From an uncultured Gemmatimonadota bacterium (lineage in GTDB: Bacteria > Gemmatimonadota > Gemmatimonadetes > Palauibacterales > Palauibacteraceae), in NCBI GenBank assembly GCA_964518305.1, contig CAZFDK010000005.1, forward strand, positions 8,826-72,825: a stretch of DNA of 64,000 nucleotides. Direction: 5' to 3'. Below, piece after piece: positions 58,368-64,000 of the stretch. A program made the translations under genes and the position numbers. Within the stretch, counting starts at the first letter, position 1. The number at the start of each line of letters is the position of its first letter. The notes below the pieces were generated by a model. That model made no database searches. It worked only from the letters and a program-made list of their open reading frames with translations, and had not been told where the DNA came from.

Positions 58368-59765
58368 ATGAGCATGTCCTGGCTACCGGGGCCCGGCGAG
58401 GCAGTCCTGATGCTGCAGCATATGCAGCAGCCGGGCCCGCACACCCGCCCCGGCGAGGAGATGGGCGCCCCGCTTCCCGGCGGGATCGCCGAGGTGCTGC
58501 GATTCTTCTTCTCCGGCGTCCCGCAGTGGATCCAGATCGGCGGGGCGATTCTCGGCTTCATCGTGGCCGTATGGCTGGCCGTCTTCCTGTGGAACCGTCG
58601 TCTCGAGATCTGGGAGTGGATCCGCACCCGTCCGGCGATGGTCCAGTCCGCGATGGGGCTGGCCGTGGTGATCTTCATCACCGGCGCGGCCTGGTTCGGC
58701 CAGGAGGCGTGGAACTACACGCAGCACGAGAATGCCTTCTGCGTCTCCTGCCACGTGATGGGGGGCTCCTTCGAGCGCTTCACGCAGAGCGAGCACTCTG
58801 AGCTCGAGTGCCACGACTGTCACCAGCAGCCCATCAGCGCCAGCATGCGGCAGGTCTACCTCTGGGTGGTGGAGCGCCCCGAGGAGATCGGGGGGCACGC
58901 GCCGGTCGCGAACGAGGTCTGTGCGGAGTGCCACATCCAGTCGGATCCGGACAGCACCTGGCAGCGCATCGCGGCCACCGCCGGCCACCGGATCCACCTG
59001 GAGTCGGATTCCTCCGCGCTGGAGGACGTGATGTGCGTTACCTGCCACGGGGAGGAGGTGCACCGATTCGTGCCGGCCGACCAGACCTGCGCCCAGTCGG
59101 ACTGCCACGCCGAGAGCGACACCGAGATCGTACTGGGCAAGATGGCCTCCTCCCAGACCACCTTCCACTGCCTGAGCTGCCACGAATACACGGCTCCGGC
59201 CCCGGAGCAGGCCTCGCTGGACACCGCCCTGACGGCGCTCAGCCCCTCCCGCACGCAGTGCCTGGCGTGTCACGAGATGCAGGAGGAACTGGAGACGCTC
59301 CAGGTGGGCGAGGACCCCCACGGCCCCGGGTGCGGCCAGTGCCACAACCCGCACTCACAGGAGCAGCCGGATGTGGCCTTCGCCACCTGTACGGGCGCCG
59401 GATGCCACGCGAGCCCCGACACCCTGACGCCCTTCCACCGGGACCTGGCCGGGGCGAAGCTCGAGGACTGCGCCGCCTGCCACGAGGCCCATACGTGGGA
59501 GGTGGAGGGAAGCAACTGCGGTGCGTGCCACGCGGACATCGCCGGCGCCGAGCCGGGGGAGCCGCTTCCGGGCGACCATCCGGAGATGAATGTCGGTGAC
59601 ACGGCGGTGGCTGCATCGGGACTCCCGGACGGCCACCCCTCAGTGAGGGCGTCGGGCGACCTCCCCGCCGTGTCGACCGTCCGGGGCGAGCTTCCCGAGG
59701 GGCATCCGTCGATGCCGCCGAGGTGGCGGTCGCTGCCCTCCGACCACCCGTCCGTGCAACCTTAA
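58368..59765 (+). CDS. Membrane-anchored multiheme c-type cytochrome with C-terminal (LPxGHPS)x4 repeats
   Basis: Start ATG 58368 after GGGAGGAGAG. N-terminal TM (GGAILGFIVAVWLAVFLW) plus a second TM. CxxCH: CVSCH, CHDCH, CAECH, CVTCH, CLSCH, CLACH, CGQCH, CAACH, CGACH, plus CAQSDCH and CTGAGCH (Cx4CH). C-terminal tail 'LPGDHPEM…LPDGHPSV…LPEGHPSM…LPSDHPSV'. Confidence 0.85.
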   Translation: MSMSWLPGPGEAVLMLQHMQQPGPHTRPGEEMGAPLPGGIAEVLRFFFSGVPQWIQIGGAILGFIVAVWLAVFLWNRRLEIWEWIRTRPAMVQSAMGLAVVIFITGAAWFGQEAWNYTQHENAFCVSCHVMGGSFERFTQSEHSELECHDCHQQPISASMRQVYLWVVERPEEIGGHAPVANEVCAECHIQSDPDSTWQRIAATAGHRIHLESDSSALEDVMCVTCHGEEVHRFVPADQTCAQSDCHAESDTEIVLGKMASSQTTFHCLSCHEYTAPAPEQASLDTALTALSPSRTQCLACHEMQEELETLQVGEDPHGPGCGQCHNPHSQEQPDVAFATCTGAGCHASPDTLTPFHRDLAGAKLEDCAACHEAHTWEVEGSNCGACHADIAGAEPGEPLPGDHPEMNVGDTAVAASGLPDGHPSVRASGDLPAVSTVRGELPEGHPSMPPRWRSLPSDHPSVQP

Positions 59766-59892
59766 GGCGGGCGACGACGGCCCCGCACGAATCCGGATCG
59801 TCTGCAGTGAACGCCCCCCGCTCGTACGTTTAACGTTCGCGCGTACCGGCGGTCGCGCCCGGCTCTCCATCCGTGTATCAGCCCCGTACCCG

Positions 59893-61110
59893 ATGGCCGA
59901 ACGACCTGGTGACGACACGATCCGTTTCCATCCACCGGTCCGACGGCCGGCGACCGGCCGAGCACCGTCGGCCGTGCTCGTCGCGCTGGCCCTTGTCCTG
60001 ACCCTTCCTGTCGCCCTCCCCGCACAGGAGTCCGGCGTCGTGGCGGCGGCGGACGTGGCCTCGGGCGACGTCTCGCTCCTCGATGCCACCTGCTGGGGCG
60101 TGGCGGCCCGGATGAGCATGGGGGGAGAGGTCCATCAGCTGTCGCCGGCGTCGGGAGGAGCCCGAGCCTACGTGGCGCATTCGGTGCGGCGGCCCGGTGC
60201 ATCCGGGAACGGCGGAGCCGATCGGGGACCGGCGCCTCCGGCCGAGGCGAAGAGCGTCGCCGCGGTGGGGGCCGTGACGGTGCTGGATCTGGCGGCGCGG
60301 CGGACCACGGGCCGGTTCCATCTCGGGCGCACCGGGACCATCACGGACGTGTGGGCGGGGCACGAGGGGAGCCGCATCTGGGTCGCGGCGGAGCGGAACG
60401 GCCGAGTGCTCACGCTCGACGCGGACACCGGTGAGCTCCTGATGAAGTGGACGATCGGAGAGAGCTCCCCGCAGTCCGGGGCCGTGAGCCGCGACGACCG
60501 CTATCTCTTCGTCACGAACCGCGAGGCCGGGACCCTGACCGTCATCGATCGCGTGACCGTGGCGGCGAACACGGTACCGCTGGGCCGGGGTGTCGGGAGC
60601 GTGGCCGTCGGTCCGCAGGGCGAGGCATGGGTCGCCGATCGGGACGACGACCGCCTGTGGATCGTGGACGGGCGCTCGGAGGAGGTCCTGGGCGAGCTAC
60701 CGTCGGGCGGGTCGGTTCCCGTTCAGCTTCAGCGGCGTCCCGGTGCCGAGGAGATGTGGGCCCTCCACTCGGACAGCGGCGGGGTGCAGATCTTCGACAC
60801 CGGGGGACTGCGGCGGGTCGGGAGCGTGCAGCTGCCGGGCCGGCCGCGCGCTCTCCGCTTCTCGCCCGACGGCCGGCGAGCGCTGGTGACGGTGCCGGAC
60901 CCGGGCCTCGTGGTCATGGTCGATGCGGTCGGGCGGCGGGTGCTGGACACGGCGCGCGTTCCCCTGCGGCCGGGTGCCCTGGGCTGGTTCCCCTGCCCGG
61001 ACGGCCGTTGCGGGCCCGGTGCCTCCCGGTGGCGAAAGGGCCGAGCGGGGCTCCCCGGCGAGCACTGGAGCAAGGCCGACCTGGTCGGCGACCTGTGGTG
61101 CGGCGGCTGA
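59893..61110 (+). CDS. Secreted beta-propeller protein (YVTN/lactonase-type 7-bladed propeller-like)
   Basis: Signal peptide (…VLVALALVLTLPVALPAQES). Repeated '…G…(V/L)xVxDxxxxxV…' blade pattern, e.g. 'RYLFVTNREAGTLTVID', 'EAWVADRDDDRLWIVD', 'RALVTVPDPGLVVMVD'. Confidence 0.6.
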   Translation: MAERPGDDTIRFHPPVRRPATGRAPSAVLVALALVLTLPVALPAQESGVVAAADVASGDVSLLDATCWGVAARMSMGGEVHQLSPASGGARAYVAHSVRRPGASGNGGADRGPAPPAEAKSVAAVGAVTVLDLAARRTTGRFHLGRTGTITDVWAGHEGSRIWVAAERNGRVLTLDADTGELLMKWTIGESSPQSGAVSRDDRYLFVTNREAGTLTVIDRVTVAANTVPLGRGVGSVAVGPQGEAWVADRDDDRLWIVDGRSEEVLGELPSGGSVPVQLQRRPGAEEMWALHSDSGGVQIFDTGGLRRVGSVQLPGRPRALRFSPDGRRALVTVPDPGLVVMVDAVGRRVLDTARVPLRPGALGWFPCPDGRCGPGASRWRKGRAGLPGEHWSKADLVGDLWCGG

Positions 61111-61284
61111 TGCTGTCTCCCGTCGGCGGGAGATGTCGGTCTGCCGGAGGCGCACGCGTCCGCTGACGTTCCCCGGCTCCGACCCCGGAGTCTTCCCCAC
61201 AGTGCCGGTCCACCCTTCCCCGACGGACGCCCCCGAGACCCGCCGATAGCTTGTCGATCCTGAGTCGGAAGCCGGCCCGTAGGA

Positions 61285-61325
61285 ACATTGACAATACATA
61301 ACTATATAACTAGATAGTTAAATCA
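61285..61325. promoter_or_regulatory. AT-rich promoter/operator island upstream of the efflux operon: TTGACA box and palindrome AACTAT-N8-ATAGTT
   Basis: 'cattgacaatacataactatataactagatagttaaatc' (~25% GC). Contains a consensus -35 TTGACA and a perfect 6-bp inverted repeat with an 8-bp spacer. Confidence 0.5.
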
Positions 61326-61389
61326 ATTCCGGGGGCTCGTCTGGTCGACGCCACCGGAGCCGCCTGTGTTCACGGGGAGGATCGTCCGT

Positions 61390-62799
61390 ATGCCGAAGAC
61401 CACAGCCATCGACAGGGTGGGAGGGCTGCTCGTGGCGGCGGCCACGGCTCTCCTCCTGCCCGCGGCGCCGGCCGGGGCGCAGCAGGCCCCGGGCGCCGAG
61501 CCGGACAGCGTCCTTCGCCGCCCGCTCACGCTCGAGGAGACCGTCGCCGAGGCGATGGAGGGAAACCCGGACCTGAAGGCGAGCCGTCTCCGCGAGCGGA
61601 TGGCCGGTGCCGGCGTCCAGGGGGCGACCAGCGCGCTCCTGCCCCGCGTCGAGGTCACCAGCGGCTGGCAGCGGACGACCGATCCGGTGGGCGTCTTCGG
61701 GACGAAGCTCCGGCAGGGACGCTTCGCGCGCGGGGACCTGGCCATCGACGTCCTGAACGACCCGGCCCCGATCTCCGACTGGACCTCGGCGGCGGAGGTC
61801 CAGTGGAGCGTGGTGGATCCCAGCCGATGGGCGCAGAGGAGCGCGGCCTCCAGCCAGGCGGCCGCGGCCCGGTGGCGCGCGGAGCGGACCCGCGAGGGCA
61901 CGGAGTTCCGGGCGCGGGCCCTCTATTACGGGGCGGCCCGGGCCGAAGCCCAGCTGGAGGCGGCACAGGCCGCCGAGGACGCCGCCGAGTCCAACCTGGA
62001 GCTGTTCCGCAGGCGGCGGGACGAGGGCCTCCTGACCGACGCCGACGTTCTTCAGGCCGAGGCGGAGGTGGAAGCCGCCCGAGCCCGCCGGATCGAGGCG
62101 CGAAAAAACCTCGGGGAGGCTCGGGAGCAGCTGGGGCTCTTCCTGGGCTGGAGTCCCGACTCCGTCCCCGTTCCGGCCGACACGATGGCTTCGCCGGAGG
62201 CGCCGTCGGCGGAGGGGGTGTTCCGCCCGGAGGAACGGGCCGACCTGCAGGCCCTCGAGGCCATGGCCGAAGCGGCGCGTTCCGAGGAGGACGTCGCCTG
62301 GCGCCGGTACCTGCCGGCCCTGGACGCCTTCGGCCGCTGGGCCCTCCACGACGCCGACACGCCGCTCGGCTCCGATGGAGACCACTGGTCGGTGGGCCTC
62401 CAGCTCCGGTGGACGGTCTTCGCGGGCCTCGGCCGAGAGGCGGCCCGGAAGCGGGCGGACCTCTCCGCGCAGGAGGCCAGGCTCCAGTACACGAGCGCGG
62501 TGCGCGAGGCCACTGCCGAGGTACGCCAGGCCCGGCGCGCCGTGGAGTCCGCCCGTCAGCGCCTGGAAGCGACGCGCGCAGCGCGCCGTGCCGCGGAGCG
62601 GGGTCGTGACCTGACGCGGCGCCGGTTCGAGGAGGGGCTCGCCATCGCCTCGGACGTACTCCTGGCCGAGAGCCGGGTGACGGCCATGCGAAGCCGGGCC
62701 ATCGAGGCTCTGGCCGGTTACCACGTAGCACGGGCCCGCCTCCGCTTCGCGCGATCACAGGATGTCAGCGATTCGAGCAGCCCCGGAGAGGGACGATGA
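61390..62799 (+). CDS. TolC-family outer membrane efflux protein
   Basis: Signal peptide 'MPKTTAIDRVGGLLVAAATALLLPAAPAGAQ'. Outer-membrane-factor coiled-coil repeats. Alternative GTG start at 61366. Confidence 0.8.
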   Translation: MPKTTAIDRVGGLLVAAATALLLPAAPAGAQQAPGAEPDSVLRRPLTLEETVAEAMEGNPDLKASRLRERMAGAGVQGATSALLPRVEVTSGWQRTTDPVGVFGTKLRQGRFARGDLAIDVLNDPAPISDWTSAAEVQWSVVDPSRWAQRSAASSQAAAARWRAERTREGTEFRARALYYGAARAEAQLEAAQAAEDAAESNLELFRRRRDEGLLTDADVLQAEAEVEAARARRIEARKNLGEAREQLGLFLGWSPDSVPVPADTMASPEAPSAEGVFRPEERADLQALEAMAEAARSEEDVAWRRYLPALDAFGRWALHDADTPLGSDGDHWSVGLQLRWTVFAGLGREAARKRADLSAQEARLQYTSAVREATAEVRQARRAVESARQRLEATRAARRAAERGRDLTRRRFEEGLAIASDVLLAESRVTAMRSRAIEALAGYHVARARLRFARSQDVSDSSSPGEGR

Positions 62800-62846
62800 T
62801 TGGACACGAACAGAGCGACAGCTCGCCCCCTGCGGGGGGCACGACG

Positions 62847-63914
62847 ATGCGGGCCGCGACCGTTGCGGCGGGGATCTTTCTCGCCGCGGCCCTGGCGGCG
62901 TGCGGCGGAGAGGACGGGGCTCCCCACCGGGAGTCGGTCTCGCCGGTGGACGTCCAGGTGACCGGCGCCGAGACGGCGGCCACGGAGCGCTCCGTGGCCG
63001 CCACCGTGGAGGCGGCCAGCTCCGCCGACATCGCCACGCGGATGAGCGGCACCGTCGAGCGGGTGGCCGTGGACGTCGGGAGCCGTGTCAGCCGCGGCGA
63101 CACGCTCGTGGCCCTGGACGAGGAGGACGTGGAGGCCCGGATCTCCCGGGCCGAGGCCGCGCTCCGGAAGGCGGAGAAGTACTACGACCGCATCCAGTCG
63201 CTGGCCGCCGACGGCGCGGCCACCGAGCAGGAGCTGGACGACGCCCGGGCAGGCCTGGAGCAGGCCCGGGCGGCCCTCGAGGAGGCCAGGGCGCAGCGCG
63301 CCTATGTCGTACTAAGGGCGCCCTTCGACGGCGTCGTGACCCGGCGGAACGTGGACCCGGGCGACCTGGCCTCCCCGGGCCGGCCCGTACTCAACCTGGT
63401 CGAGGCCGGATCCGTGAAGATCGTGGCCGACCTGCCGGCGGAGCTGGCGCCGGAGGTGAAGTCCGGGACCCGGGCGACGGTGGTGGATCCAGCGAGCGGC
63501 CGAACCGCCGCCGCCGAGATCGTGCGCGTGTCGCCGGCCGTGGAGGCCTCCACCCGGCAGTTCCGCGTGGAGGCCCGCTTCCGTGAGGGAGGGAGCGGCG
63601 GACTCGCTCTCTCGCCCGGAAGCTTCGTGCGGCTCCGGCTGCCGGGGTTCGCGCCGCCCTCGGTGTGGGTCCCCCGGGACGCCGTGGTACAGCGCGGCCA
63701 GCTCGCCGGCGTCTTCGTCCTGCGGTCCGATACGCTCCGGCTCCACTGGATCCGGACCGGTGAGCGCCGCGACGGCAGCGTGGAGGCCCTGGCGGGTCTC
63801 TCGCCCGGCGACAGTGTCGTACGGAGCCCGGCGTCCCGCCTGGCGGACGGCACGCCCGCCGGAGACGTGACCAGCCGCTCGTGGGCGCCGACGGACACGG
63901 GAGGCGGTCGATGA
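62847..63914 (+). CDS. Efflux RND transporter periplasmic adaptor (membrane fusion protein), lipoprotein
   Basis: Lipobox 'MRAATVAAGIFLAAALAACGG'. Biotinyl-lipoyl/beta-barrel MFP motifs (…GDTLVALDEED…YVVLRAPFDGVVTRRNVDPGDL…). ORF track start 62796; internal ATG 62847 preferred. Confidence 0.8.
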   Translation: MRAATVAAGIFLAAALAACGGEDGAPHRESVSPVDVQVTGAETAATERSVAATVEAASSADIATRMSGTVERVAVDVGSRVSRGDTLVALDEEDVEARISRAEAALRKAEKYYDRIQSLAADGAATEQELDDARAGLEQARAALEEARAQRAYVVLRAPFDGVVTRRNVDPGDLASPGRPVLNLVEAGSVKIVADLPAELAPEVKSGTRATVVDPASGRTAAAEIVRVSPAVEASTRQFRVEARFREGGSGGLALSPGSFVRLRLPGFAPPSVWVPRDAVVQRGQLAGVFVLRSDTLRLHWIRTGERRDGSVEALAGLSPGDSVVRSPASRLADGTPAGDVTSRSWAPTDTGGGR

Positions 63915-64000
63915 GGACGGGAATAGCCGGCCGCCTGGCCGAGAGCTCGATCACCTCGAAGCTCACGCCGCTGCTCCTGGCGGTGGCGCTGGCCATCGGC
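63911..64000 (+). CDS. RND efflux permease (AcrB/CzcA family), N-terminal 30 codons (continues beyond window)
   Basis: ATG 63911 overlapping the MFP stop (ATGA). 'MRTGIAGRLAESSITSKLTPLLLAVALAIG' resembles the start and TM1 of an RND pump. Too short for the ORF track. Confidence 0.45.
   Translation, partial: MRTGIAGRLAESSITSKLTPLLLAVALAIG

Overview
High-GC (~68-70%) bacterial chromosomal segment, densely coding on both strands with frequent 4-nt stop/start overlaps (ATGA/GTGA). Left third is housekeeping and accessory genes: glpK 3' end, a DASS/SLC13-type anion permease, a DHH phosphoesterase, prfB with the classic programmed +1 frameshift site, rel/spoT, an ArsR/thioredoxin-like/permease-fragment module, a cytochrome c', a TetR-TolC-HlyD-ABC(2 ATPase + 2 permease) efflux locus, and aconitase. 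Middle carries a BlaI-family repressor co-transcribed with a large lipoprotein, an S9 peptidase abutting a decayed DASS permease pseudogene, and a complete 9-gene V-type ATPase operon. Right third is the most interesting part. It holds a porin-cytochrome (PCC-like) cluster: a lipoprotein multiheme cytochrome, a periplasmic 8-heme cytochrome, a ~500-aa outer-membrane beta-barrel and a ~16-heme cytochrome, followed by a TPR lipoprotein. This cluster is divergently linked to a group-1-like membrane-bound [NiFe] uptake hydrogenase (hyaABCD) and a hyp maturation cluster (hypA-like, B, C, D, E). The hyp cluster contains a split HypX-like pair (formyltransferase gene + crotonase gene; the CO-ligand synthase associated with O2-tolerant hydrogenases) and no hypF in the window. 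After it come a HupE/UreJ-type Ni transporter, a UbiA prenyltransferase, a membrane-anchored multiheme cytochrome with a C-terminal (LPxGHPS)x4 repeat, a beta-propeller protein, and a TolC/MFP/RND efflux system running off the window end. No CRISPR, tRNA/rRNA or mobile elements were recognised. Most of the long ORFs in the provided track are antisense artefacts of high GC content.
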